Below are positions 20,356 through 31,802 of a DNA stretch of 60,000 nt, one piece after another. The number at the start of each line of letters is the position of its first letter. The stretch's first letter is position 1. The notes beneath the pieces were generated by a model that was given only the letters and a program-made list of their open reading frames with translations, did not search any database and was not told where the DNA came from. The translations under genes were made by a program, and so were the position numbers. The DNA is taken from NCBI GenBank assembly GCA_038087875.1, contig CM075987.1:18478001-18538000 (forward strand), read 5' to 3'. Source of the DNA: Malacoraja senta (taxonomy: Eukaryota).

Positions 20356-22850
20356 ATTTACTAAAAATGGTGCTTTGAATAAATCCTACTAGCATGTCAC
20401 AATTTCTAACTATCCACATTGCCTTTCTACATTATAAAGTGCAATTCAACAACTGGTCTCTTTTCCTCAGTTTTAAAACATTTCAATTTAGAAACTTCCA
20501 AATGAAGGTGGTACACGAGGATATCATTTATTCTATTTTGGTTCAACTATAATTACATGGTAAACTGAATCTTTTATGAAAATATACACATCATTAGAAA
20601 GAGCCACATACGACACCATACTCTTATTTTTGGTCATTTTCATCAAAAGTCTTTCAAGTCACAAATAATTTTGTTTCAGCTCAGTAGCTTAAACAGTAAA
20701 CAAGATATAATTATTGTTCTTTTCTACATCACTAATTCTATTTAAAGGACATCCATGATTTCAATGATGTTTTCCCCCTACATTAATATAATAGCAAGAA
20801 TTATTTGTTGCACTTTTTGAATTGAAGAACAAAAAGCAAATTGGAAAGTTATCTTTTTAGAAAGCATACTTATGATTTTTTTTAAACAAATATTTAACTG
20901 TGCCTTAGTGGTCTATAGAAAAATATAATACGCATTTTAAAACGGAATGCACAACTATCCTAAACGCATTCACAATATAAATTCAAATCTTTAGCTCAAT
21001 TTTCAGGTGGCAAAGGCCTATACAACGACGCAACGATAGTAGGTTGAAATCAGACGAAGGTTTCCTTGCTCATATTTGGACTAATGCATGGGGTTTTGAA
21101 TCACTCTTGAAGACAGAATGTGCCCAAGGATTGTGATGGAAGAATCTGGTACATTGTCAGTAAGGCATAAATTTTGTAATTACAAATGTGTTTGCCAGTT
21201 ACTTCAATAGTCTATGGCACAGCTATCCCACAGCCGACTCCAGACCCAAATGTTTGTATGGTAGACATTTGCTAGGTTGACAGGACTGGAAGTGATTTTT
21301 TGTTGTGTTCAAACTCGGCGCCTAGGTTAATGCGTCCACCCATTTTTATTCCTTCTCAGTTTGAACATAATTGTAATTTCACAACAGCAAGATAAAAGAG
21401 TGAGTGCCAGTGAAATATTAAGCCAAGCAAAGGGGCGAGGGAAATTACAGGACACAAGAACACAAAAAACTGACTGACACTACAAGCTTGAGGGAAGTGA
21501 AAAATACCACAAAGAAAGAAGAAAAGTAATAATCTCCAACTATATCAATTAAAATTAATCTTAAGTGTGAAGTGAAACACAATGAACTTATTGACAAGTG
21601 GAAAGTGCCAATAATAATCTAAATGTCCTTTGCATCAGTGTTTGTTATAAAGGAAGATGTTGCTAGGAAGTGCGCAAAAATCCCGAACTGCTTAAAAAGG
21701 ATAAAGATGAAATATTACAAATAAAAGGATAATACATTAAAGGTGGCCTAAATGCCAGATTTGAAAAGACACAAGTATCTTGGGGGTAATTATATTTCAC
21801 AGTTAAAAATATCACATAGTTTTTAATCAATTTAGTTCTTTATGACTGGTTGGTATGGTAAATTGCAACAAGCAGCAAATGGACTTTAAGAACATTATAC
21901 AATGGACAGAAAATACTGGAAACACTCAGCCAGCCAGGCAGAATTTTTCATTTGATTTTATTTGATTTTATTTCTTGTCATTTGAACCTCAAAGAGGCTC
22001 AAACGAAACTCCGTTTCCACAGCCATACAAACAAAACAATTCCTACACGACACACAAACAATTCAATTTACAGAAAAACATCCATCACAGTGAATCTCCT
22101 CCTCACTGTGATGGAAGGCAAAGTCATTTATCTCCCCTGCACCATTTTTCTCCCGATGTTGAAGCCCCAGGCAGGCAACGTTAAGTCCCACGGCCGTTGA
22201 GGCCGCGCCGGGCGGTATACAGCTTCGCTCCGGGCCCAAAGTCACAAGTTGGAGCCCCGGCGGGCGCTGGAATGTCCCGCGGCTTTAACATTAAAGCCGC
22301 GCCAGGCGATTTATGGCCCCGCTCCGGGTCGTTCCAACCCCGCGACTCGAGCTGGAGAAGTTGCGTTGCGGGAGCTCCGGAAAGCGGTCTCTCACCCGGA
22401 CCCGCGAGCTCCCGATGTCCCAGTCCACGGGTCTGCAGCTGCAGCTGGAGCTCTGGAGTGAGCAGCAACGAGTCACCACCGCTCCCCGCGATCCGAGGAC
22501 GGCCAGCCCCACGATGGTAAGTCCGCAGCTCCACAGGCTCCGCGACTGGAGCCCCCAGGTCGTCCCGGTCGGAGGCCGCTCCACGGAGCTAGGCCCCAAC
22601 GACAACAGAGACCCGACAGGGAAAAGGTCGGGTCTCCCGTGCAGGGAAGAGATCTTTTTTAAGTTTCCCGCCCCCCACATATACACAATTAAAACAGTAC
22701 AAAAAAAACACAAACTACTACATTTAACTAGACAAAAATTTAAAAAAGACAGATGGGCTGTAGGGGCCGCAGCAGTAATCCGCGCCGCCGCACTCCAAAT
22801 CTGTGCGAAGTGAAGAGTTCACACATTATAACTGAGCTTGATAAATGAGA

Positions 22851-22948
22851 AGGTAGACAAAAATGCTAGAGAAACTCAGCAGGTGAAGCAGCATCTATGG
22901 AGTGAAGGAAATAGGCGACGTTTCGGGTCGAGACCCTTCTTCAGACTG
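22851..22948 (-). mobile_element. Penelope terminal-repeat fragment with an intact hammerhead-like core
   Basis: Minus strand CTGAAGAAGGGTCTCGACCCGAAACGTC at 22917-22944. Confidence 0.75.
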
Positions 22949-23096
22949 AACAGTTTAGCTTTAAGTTGCAGAAAGGATGGGACAAGGGCGGCTCGGACAA
23001 AGACATGATCTCTGATTGCCCAGGTAACCCCCAATGTTCATCAAGCCATCCGGCTAATAGGTTAATGAGGAAAGTTAGAGAGGGAAACAAAGGAAC

Positions 23097-23221
23097 ACAT
23101 TAAAGCTATGAAGCATTGAAGAAGGGTTTCGGCCCGAAACGTTGCCTATTTCCTTCGCTCCATTGATGCTGCTGCACCCGCTGAGTATCTCCAGCACTTT
23201 TGTCTACATTAAAGCTATGAA
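23097..23221 (+). mobile_element. Short Penelope-derived insertion with 16-bp TSD
   Basis: TSD ACATTAAAGCTATGAA at 23097-23112 and 23206-23221 around TGAAGAAGGGTTTCGGCCCGAAACGTTGCC... Confidence 0.8.
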
Positions 23222-23769
23222 TAGGTCAGGGCCATTGATAAAACAAAAAGAATGCTGGAAAACGCCCGGCAGATTGGGCAGACCAGTTCTGCTACACAAT
23301 TAAACATCTGTCATATCAACTCATTTTTATTTCTCTACTTACATTCCTGATCTGATGAGCATTGAGCTTTCCTGTGTTTATATATCTAATTTATGGGTGT
23401 TGACGATGATTTTTATGACCTTTAATAAAATGATTATCTGTTTCTCTTTAGATGCTGAGTGACCTTCTAAGCATTTCCACCAGTTTGCTGATTTTCATTT
23501 ATATATTGGACATGTTTTTTAAACAGTTGATCAAGGGGAGGAGAACCAGATTGGTACTAATTTGGATTCAAAAATGGATGATGTGAAACAAGGAGTAGAA
23601 ATTAAATGCTGTTTTATCAGAAGGATTTATATACAGTCATAGAGCACGGAAACACCCTTCAACCCAACCTGCCCATGCCTACCAAGATGTTCCATTTAGT
23701 TAGTCCCACAAGCTAATTTGGCTAAAATCCCTCTAAAACTTTCCTATACAGGCATCTCTCCAAATCATA

Positions 23770-24374
23770 TACGGGAAATATTCCGGTAGTGATTTACCTC
23801 ATGATTTTAAAAAATCCCCTCATCTGTAAACTTGGTTCATTATTTCCTGGGTTTTTCACTAAAATTGTTCACAAATCCGACTTTTTCCCCCAAATCTAAC
23901 CGCTGGCCAGCTGATGACGTCACATGCCTTTGCTCGTGGCCCACCTGGCTCATGGCCCCGCCCCCCGCTCTGGATTAAAGCAGCTGCTGTCAACGCACAG
24001 GCGCACTGTTTTCCACGAGTTACGTCACCACCCTCCCCCCCCCCCGTTCTACAAAAGGCGCAGAAAGAACGAGCAAGTTATGCAGATCCCGAGGTCACCG
24101 GAGATCTCCAGCGCTCACCTGCGTTCACCAGCTTCCCGGCTTGCTTTTGAAGAACTTTCTCCTCGCGGCCTGCACAGCGAGTGAAGTCACGCTCCTCCCC
24201 CCCGCTGCTACCCGCTCCGGGTTTCCAGAGTCGGGCCACCTCTCTACCCCCCTCTCTCTCTGCCCTCCCCCCCCTGTGGGGGGTGGGGGTGGTTAGCGTG
24301 TGTGTGACGCCGCAGGCCTCCCCCTGCAACCGTGCGTTGAGGGGACGGGACCCAACGGATCCCCCTTGGTCTAG
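23770..24374 (+). mobile_element. Helitron-like element (3' end clear, 5' end approximate)
   Basis: GGGACCC-AAC-GGATCCC hairpin, then CCTTGGT and CTAG|T (24371-24374); shares CTGATGACGTCACA and subterminal GTGCGTTG.GGG with the 18480-19179 element. Confidence 0.55.
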
Positions 24375-24379
24375 TGTCA

Positions 24380-25765
24380 TTTAAATGTTGCTATAGTACC
24401 TGCTTCGACTACCTACTCCGGCAACTTGTTCCATATACCCACCTATGTGAAAAAGTTGCTTTTCAGGTTCCTGTTATTTCTTTCCCCTCTCACCGTAAAC
24501 CTATGTATTCTTTATCTTGATTCTGCATAAAAGACACTGTGCAATCACTCTATTTACTCCCCTCAATTTTATATACCGCTATAAAATCACATTTTAGTCT
24601 CGTGCACTCCAAGGAATAAAGTCTTAGCTTGCCTTACCTCTCCCTAGAGCTCAGGCCCTCAAGTCCTGGCAACATCCTCGTAAATCTTCTCTGCACTCTT
24701 TCCCTCTTAACAACATCTATCCTATAGCAGGGTGCCCAAAGCTGAATACAATACTCCAAATGTATCCTCACCAATTACTTTTACAACTGTAAAGGGCCTG
24801 TCCCACGGGCAGGCGATTCTATGCGGCAAGCGCGACCTGCCCGGAAGCGGGGGCCGTGCGGCTGCCGCGCGAGGGCCGAGTGATCACCGTACGGCCTGCC
24901 CCACGGGCATGCGCTTCCATGCGGCGAGCACGACCTTACCGGAAGCGGGTGTCGCACGGAGGCCGAGTGATCACCGTACTGCCTGTCCCACGGGCATGCG
25001 TTACATGCGGCGAGCGCGACCTTACCAGAAGGTGAGCGGACGTCCAGTTCGAGCAAAGTCCGTTGGTAGCTCGAGCAGTTTTTATGTAGGTGAACACGGG
25101 TAGGTGATGTTTAGGTTTTTATGTAGGTGAACACGGGTAGGTGATGTTTTGGGTCGAGACCCTTCTTCAGACCATAGAAGACTGCAGAAGGCTTCAGTTT
25201 GAAGAAGGTGTCTCGACCCGAAACACCACCTGTCCACATAAGCTGCCTGATCTACTGAGTTAATTACTCCGGCATTTTTGGTATGTCCATCTTCGGTGTA
25301 AATGGGCATCTGCAGTTCCTTCCTTCACAACAATTCCAGAGTTGACGGAGGCGGTGCGCGCAGCCTCGATGCGGCAGCGGGGCGACAGGCCGTTGCCGCG
25401 CAGAATTTTTGAACAGTGTCGGTTTTTCGGAGCCCCGCACGGTGTCGGGACCAACTACATACGGCTCCGGCGATCTACATGAGACCGACCCCACGACCTC
25501 CGCGCGGTCCCCGCTTCCTGTTAGGTCGCGCTTGCCGCATGGAATCGCCTGCCCGTGGGACAGGCCCTTAACATAACATCCCAACTATACTCAATAACCT
25601 GATTCATGAAGGCCAATGTATCGAAAGCCTTCGTGACCACCCTATCTATCTGTGACGCTACTTTCAGAAAACATGCATCTTCACTCCAGTTGCTCTACAA
25701 TGCTACCCATGGCCCTACCATTCACTGTGAAGGTACTGTCCTGCTTTGACTTCCCAAAATGCACA
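24380..25765 (-). mobile_element. CR1-like LINE RT-end fragment, interrupted by a MITE
   Basis: Across the MITE junction the minus strand gives a decayed IEYSWDVMLQL..LVR.HLEYC.Q.WAPCYR motif typical of CR1-clade ORF2. Confidence 0.7.
24793..25568. mobile_element. PIF/Harbinger-type MITE
   Basis: ~45-bp terminal inverted repeats AGGGCCTGTCCCACGGGCAGGCGATTC.ATGCGGCAAGCGCGACCT; 3-bp TSD TAA at 24790-24792 and 25569-25571. Confidence 0.85.
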
Positions 25766-26590
25766 AATATATTCAATCAGTTTTATTGTGAGGCTGATCG
25801 TTTTCGTTGTGCATACAGAAAAAAAGTACAAAAAGGAGGGAAAGTAAATCTGAGGATTCGGGGTCACTCAAAGCGCAAACTGATTGGTTGATAAAAAAAG
25901 GGGAGGGGGGTAAAGTGAGTTGACAGATGGAGCGCAAATTATGCAAAGTATTAATATTTGAAATGATGACAAGACAAATGTGAAATATTAAGAATTTCAG
26001 GAGTGCAAGGAATGAGCAAGGCTGGCAAGTTCTCCTGCCATTAAAGCATCATCTTTTTAAATGAACCTAAATCACTCTACCTTCCTTCAAAATGTATGTT
26101 TAAAGTTGCCCCTGTGATGAGCATATAGGTTAAGCTCATTTTTGTTTTTGTCAGTGCCCCTGTGAAGACCAATTCACTATAATTAAAAGGCGATGGTGTA
26201 AATAAATTGAAAAAAGGACACAAAGTGTTGGAGGAACAGCAGGCAGCATCTCTGGAGAACATGATAAGGTGATGTTTTAGGCTGAGACCCTTCTTCAGTC
26301 TGAAGGGTCTCAACCCAAAACGTCACCCGTCTATGTACTCCAGAGATGCTGCCTGACCAGCTGAGTTAGCCCAGCACTTTGTTCCCTTTTTTTATTAACC
26401 AGCAGTTCTTTATTTCTATATAAGCTGTGTTTAGTCTCGCTTATTACTGTCACCTGTACTGAAATATAGGGAAAACCTTTTGATGATGATAATGACGAAG
26501 AAAAACCCATTAAATAGCATTAAAAACATGTATTGCGGTAATGAATGAAGTTGTGAATTTATGCAAAATCACAGCAAAACTGTATTTGGG

Positions 26591-27530
26591 AGTAGACAAA
26601 AGTGCTGGAGAAACTCAGCGGGTGCGGCAGCATCTATGGAGCGAAGGAAATAGGGAACGTTTCGGGCCGAAACCCTTCTTCAGACTTCAGGTTATAGTTA
26701 AGACAGAGGAAGAGAGGAAAGAAAGGACATCTCAGATGTCCTAGAATGGAAAGTCATCATGGGAGCAGATGCGGTGGAGGCCGAGGAATTGAGAGTAGGG
26801 AACAGCAAAAGGCAGGGTGGGAGGGAGCGGAGTCCAGATAACTGCGGGAGTTGGTAGGTTTATAAAAAACATATGTAGATAGTTTGTCCCCTGTGATGGA
26901 GACAGAGGACAAGAAAGAGGAGAGAGGTGTCAGCGATAGTCCAGATAAATTTGAGGGCATGGTGGAAGTTAGTGGTGATGTTAATGAAATCCACAACTTT
27001 TGAAGGGATGTAGGAGGCAGCCCAGATGCAGTTGTCAATGTAGTGGAGAAAGAGTTAAGGGAAGCGGCCAGAGGCGATGCAATCAGAAACAGTTTGGCCG
27101 ATGTATTCGTCTGTGGGGTTATGTTCAAGGTGCAGGTATGATGAGGAGTCCGAGAACTGACGCCAGCTTAGCATGGTTGAGGTCAACCTGCCAGACTACA
27201 ACAACTCTTCCCTTGTTGGTGGGTTTAATATAATGTTGGGATTGCAGCTAAATTGGCAGAGGGCTGTGTGTTCAGAGGTGAGATTGGAGTATCTGAGTGG
27301 AGTAAAGAAGTCAATATAGTTGATGTCGTACCGACAGATGGAAATAAAAAGGTCCAGAGAAGGTAAGAGGCAGGCACAGGGGAAGGGGGTGAGGTGGGGC
27401 AGGGTTCAAGAGGAGAATGTTGGATACAGGAAAAGGGGTTGTCACTGGGAGGCGAGGACTCCTTCCCATAGAGAAAAGCCCAGAGGCGTGGCAATGGAAG
27501 AAAAGCTCTACATCATGCTGGGCCCGGAAG
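26591..27530 (-). mobile_element. Penelope-like fragments (terminal repeat plus decayed RT/thumb region)
   Basis: SVSITGDKLSTYVFYKPTNSRSYLDSAPSHP in ORF 26757-27128 resembles the Penelope RT C-terminal motif; hammerhead-like repeat at ~26656-26683. Confidence 0.7.
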
Positions 27531-29199
27531 CAAGCCAAGATCCTTTAATTAGTATTATATATACTGATGCCATTACTGAACAGCATTATCATACCTCATT
27601 TTCCTTGCTGCTCATCTCTCTAATTGTCAAACATTCTGGAATATTCACAGCCACATTTCTGCTTTATAGCAATTGGAGCATACCCAATTACAACTATTTA
27701 TGTCATCAATTCATATACATTATTGTGAATGCATAATGCTTTAGTTTTGGTGCCTTTTAACAATTTTCCCTTGCTGTGGGCCCATTTGGTGCTTGGCTTT
27801 GTTGCACTGCCTACTTATTCTGCTTACTACCTTTCTAACTTTCACTTCATCTGTGTTTCCCTCTCTCCTGACTCACTCTTAATTTCCATTCCCCAGCTAA
27901 CTTCTCCCATACCATTGCCAGAAGTGCTAATCATATAGATCTGGTCATGTTACGGTGTAACCCATCTGTCTTTTACAGTTTACAAGTCTCAGATCTCCAA
28001 AGCCCTCCCTCCTACATTACTTCTCCTGCCGCACATTCATTTGCTCAATCCCTCTACTTCTGCACTTGTTACCTGTATCGCTGGAAACAATAGACCGAGA
28101 TTCTGTTTTTGACCCATTTACTAGCTCCTGAAAATCTGCTCACAGGATCCCAATTCCTCTTTCTACCTTTGTGAACCATAATTGGCTCTTCACTCTCTCC
28201 CTTCAGTATGCTCTGTATGCATTTGTTAACACTCTTGACTCTGGTACCAAAGAGGCCACAAACCATACTGGAGCGTTTAAGAGGGAACTACAGATGCTGG
28301 AAAATCGAAGGTAGACAAAAGTGCTGGAGTCATGCTTATAGTCTCAGAAGTCATAGAAATTGAGTACCAGAGGAAATGTTCATGAATTTAGAACCACTGG
28401 AACAGATTAGGTGCATTCAGGTTTATTTTTGCCGAATAACAGTGTATAAAATCTGTAAAAGCGACTGCCATGTTATTAAAATCATTCAGGTAATGGAAAC
28501 TCGGCACTCGGTAATAGAATTCGCATATTGATACCCAAAAATTTGAGGTACAAAATAAATTCACTCTCATGGAATTTATGTGAATAAAAATAAACAAACT
28601 TTTTTTTCCTCAATTCCATTTGCCTGACAGAAGTAGATGATGCTACTTCTCATTATGGAAAATTGCAACATGGGTAGTTTTTAAATTATATTCATTAACT
28701 CTTTTCCCTGTCCCACATAGCTAACAAAGCAAAACAACTATTTTGAATACATGGCAATTAATAATTTTAGTTTAGAACATGACCTTTTTTGATACATATC
28801 TTTACGCAAGAGGCCAGAACAAATTACATTTTGTTCTGGAGCTACACTTAAAATACAAGTCACCTGTATCAAACTCAATTCATCACACTTTCAAAGACCA
28901 TCAGCAGCGAGTATTCCCAAAATATGCAATTCTATTGAGGAATTCTCGAAGTAAAAAGTGTTGCAACAAAATGATTTATGATCTTTTCAATGAGTAAAAT
29001 GTCAACATTGCAGTGATCCCATTATATTTTACGGATTCAGGAAACCAACAGTAGATATGTTTGTATCTATTCAAAGGATGTGCGAGGCATTGCCTGGCAG
29101 TAATTACTACTTAAGAAGAATACTCTTAAAGCATAAGGAGTCAGCGTATAAGACATTAGTGATACATAGGTCAAACTCTGACAGATTTCCATCCCGAAG

Positions 29200-29330
29200 A
29201 ACATTACATCAATAATGTAATTATTGATGTAATGCTCCATAGATGCTGCCTCACCCGTTGAGTTTCTCCAGCATTTTTGTCTATCTTCGATTTTCCAGCA
29301 TCTGCAGTTCCTTCTTAAACATTACATCAA
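29200..29330 (+). mobile_element. Truncated Penelope-derived insertion with 13-bp TSD and a junction palindrome
   Basis: TSD AACATTACATCAA at 29200-29212 and 29318-29330. Confidence 0.75.
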
Positions 29331-29575
29331 ACAGGTAGTTTTTCATTTTGACTTTTCCTGATGTCAGGCCACATCGTGGTAATTTAATTCGGCTCTTTAA
29401 TTTCCCCCGGTATTTCACAAATGGGAAAATTTGAAGGAGAATAGGCCACAATGAAATTTTGTGTGGGAATGAAAATGTTTTCTGAGCTGCCACAGAGACC
29501 TTGGTCTTCACCATCATAGGAAAAAGGGAAAATCACCACCATTCAAAATGCAAGGAAAGCACTAATTTAAGGAGG

Positions 29576-29779
29576 AACATAAGTGCAGATTAGACAAAAT
29601 TACTGGAGAAACTCAGCGGGTGAGGCAGCATCTATGGAATTTCTTTAAATGCTTTCGGGCCGAAACGTTGCCTATTTCCTTCGCTCCATAGATGCTGCCT
29701 CACCCGCTGAGTTTCTCCAGCATTTTTGTCTACCTTTGATTTTCAAGCATCTGCAGTTCCTTCTTAAACATAAGTGCAG
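29576..29779. mobile_element. Penelope-derived fold-back element with 13-bp TSD
   Basis: Inverted arms; TSD AACATAAGTGCAG at 29576-29588 and 29767-29779. Confidence 0.85.
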
Positions 29780-30899
29780 GTTAAACTGGACTCGAGATAT
29801 GCATATACATAATATGATGTAATTTATTTATTATTCAAAGACGTGAGCATCGCTAGAAATTGTCCATAACTAATTTGCATCAAACATCTGCTTGCTGAGA
29901 GTATTTTTTTTTAAGTCTTCCATAATATTGTTGATCTTAAGTCATAAGAGGATCAGTCAGGGCAAAGACACCATAGAATGACACAAGGTAGTTGCAAGAG
30001 CTCTTCATTTTATTTAAAATATAGCAGGCAGAGTTATGGGAAGTCTTTTAATGTTAAATGTGTTATATACATGCCAGCTCTGAGGATTGCACTAAAGCAT
30101 TTAAAGAAATTAAGAACCTGGATAAGCGCAAATGAAAAATAAACTGCTGGATATGTCGGTGGGGTTAAATAAAGATAGGTGGAGGGACATTTCCCTGAGG
30201 GGATAAATAAAGTATTTATGTATAATTATTTTGGTGAAATGTAACAAAGCCAGTTTGGCTGAATGTCCTTCTTTATGATGTAAATTCTGTGTAATTTACC
30301 ATAGTTCAGTCTACAGCTTGTAAATCCAATACCATAATCATTAGTCTTCCAAGCCCATTCTTGCCTACTGGCTAGTCCTACAGCATCTAAATATTTCACA
30401 TTTTTCATACATTCCTCATATCCAAATCAAAGGAGGCATGTAGACCCGTTTTGGTATCTGTTCTTTCTTACCTATGTTAACAGTCAAATTGGAAAGTATT
30501 TTCCTTTCAAGATGAAAACAGATCCAGAATTCCACCACAAAAGATAAATTCTAGTCAAGAGCCAAGCAATAAATGTATGAGTTCAAAAATGTATGGTTTC
30601 TAATCAATCAAAAATCTAAAAACTATTTATGTGGATACCATAGCCAAACGAATCCCCAAATGCCATTGTCGCAATAAATGAATCTGAGATTCCTGCTACT
30701 TTGCAATGAGCCTCTCCAATTTTTTTAAAATAAATATTTGCCCAAAATAATTTATCTTATATAGTCTTCCACAAGCAAATTTAAACAAAGAAATCAGCAA
30801 ACAAATATGTTAATCATTGGCAGCCCATGAACTTGCATTTCTTTTCTACAGCAATAAATCAGGATAGAGATGCAATTGTGGAAATGATTTTTTAGTGTT

Positions 30900-31660
30900 A
30901 CCTATTCCGTAGGCTTTGGAGAAGATCCAGGCCAGGTTGGCGGCGATTTTGGCCCTGGAGGAGTCGTACAGTTCCAGCGGGACAACCTCGGCGCAGTCCG
31001 AATCCAGCGGCTCCGGCATCTTCCTGCGGCTGCTGCCATCTCCAGACGCACCGCAGCCGCCGAAATCCACATCCACCATCGCAAGTCAGGTAATAAAATA
31101 TTTTTTTTTAAAGCGTAATCTTCCAAAAAAAATTAATAAAGATCCCCAGTAAAATCGCCCTCCTCAGCAGAATCGCTGCATTAATTCTCCTCGGTGACCG
31201 CCTACCTGAGGATGCGGCCTACAACGTGACACCCCAATGAATGGGAGTATTTTTTCTTTTTCTTTTTAAATGGCAGAGGCTGCACCCAGGAAAGGTCGGA
31301 TCGATGGTGTCATGAAGTGCGGGTCATGGTGGTCGAAGCGGCGTCCCTTTTTCTGTGTGTGTGTGTGTGAGAGAGTATGTTTGTGCCCTGGGCCGACCGG
31401 CCGCTCCGCTCCCCTCCTTCAGCTCGTCCGTCGACGCCGCCGCGGCCGTTAGAGGCGCGCGCGCCCGCCCCGCCGCCGCCCCCACTGTGCGCGGGTTGGA
31501 CGGGCACGCCCCCCCACCACCTCCCCAACCGTCGGCATCGCTGCGTTCCCAACGCGCGTGCGCGACGCGGAAGGGCGTGCCCACGCTCCGCCCAGCGCCG
31601 GCCGCGCGCGCGCATCGCGTCACCAAGGTAACGTTCTCTCCGTGGCGGGAGATTCGAATC
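30900..31660 (-). promoter_or_regulatory. CpG island / promoter and 5' UTR of CAMSAP1
   Basis: Very CpG-dense (CGCGCGCG, CCGCCGCCG, CCCGCCC GC boxes) around 31390-31620, just upstream of the start codon; TSS not determinable from sequence. Confidence 0.8.
30902..31079 (-). CDS. CAMSAP1: Calmodulin-regulated spectrin-associated protein 1, first coding exon
   Basis: MVDVDFGGCGASGDGSSRRKMPEPLDSDCAEVVPLELYDSSRAKIAANLAWIFSKAYGI matches the CAMSAP1 N-terminus as I recall it (..VPLDRYDAARAKIAANLQWICAKAYG..). Kozak GCGATGG; 178 nt ending in phase 1 at donor G|GTAACA. Exon 2 not seen in the window. Confidence 0.93.
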
Positions 31661-31802
31661 GGATGATTTGCAGCTTTTCATTTTCCAAGGTTTATCTCCC
31701 TGCATCTATCTTAATGCCACTTCTGTATCTGCCTTCTCCACCACCGGCAGCATGTTCCACAGCTCAACACTATGTATAAAAACGTGTCCCATTCTATTAA
31801 AG

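Noticed and set aside
12724..25584. Clusters of GC-rich overlapping ORFs (12.7-13.3, 19.3-20.2, 22.2-22.8, 24.7-25.6 kb) as genes or promoters
   Set aside because: They lie within interspersed elements, are open in many frames because of GC content, and show no recognisable protein.
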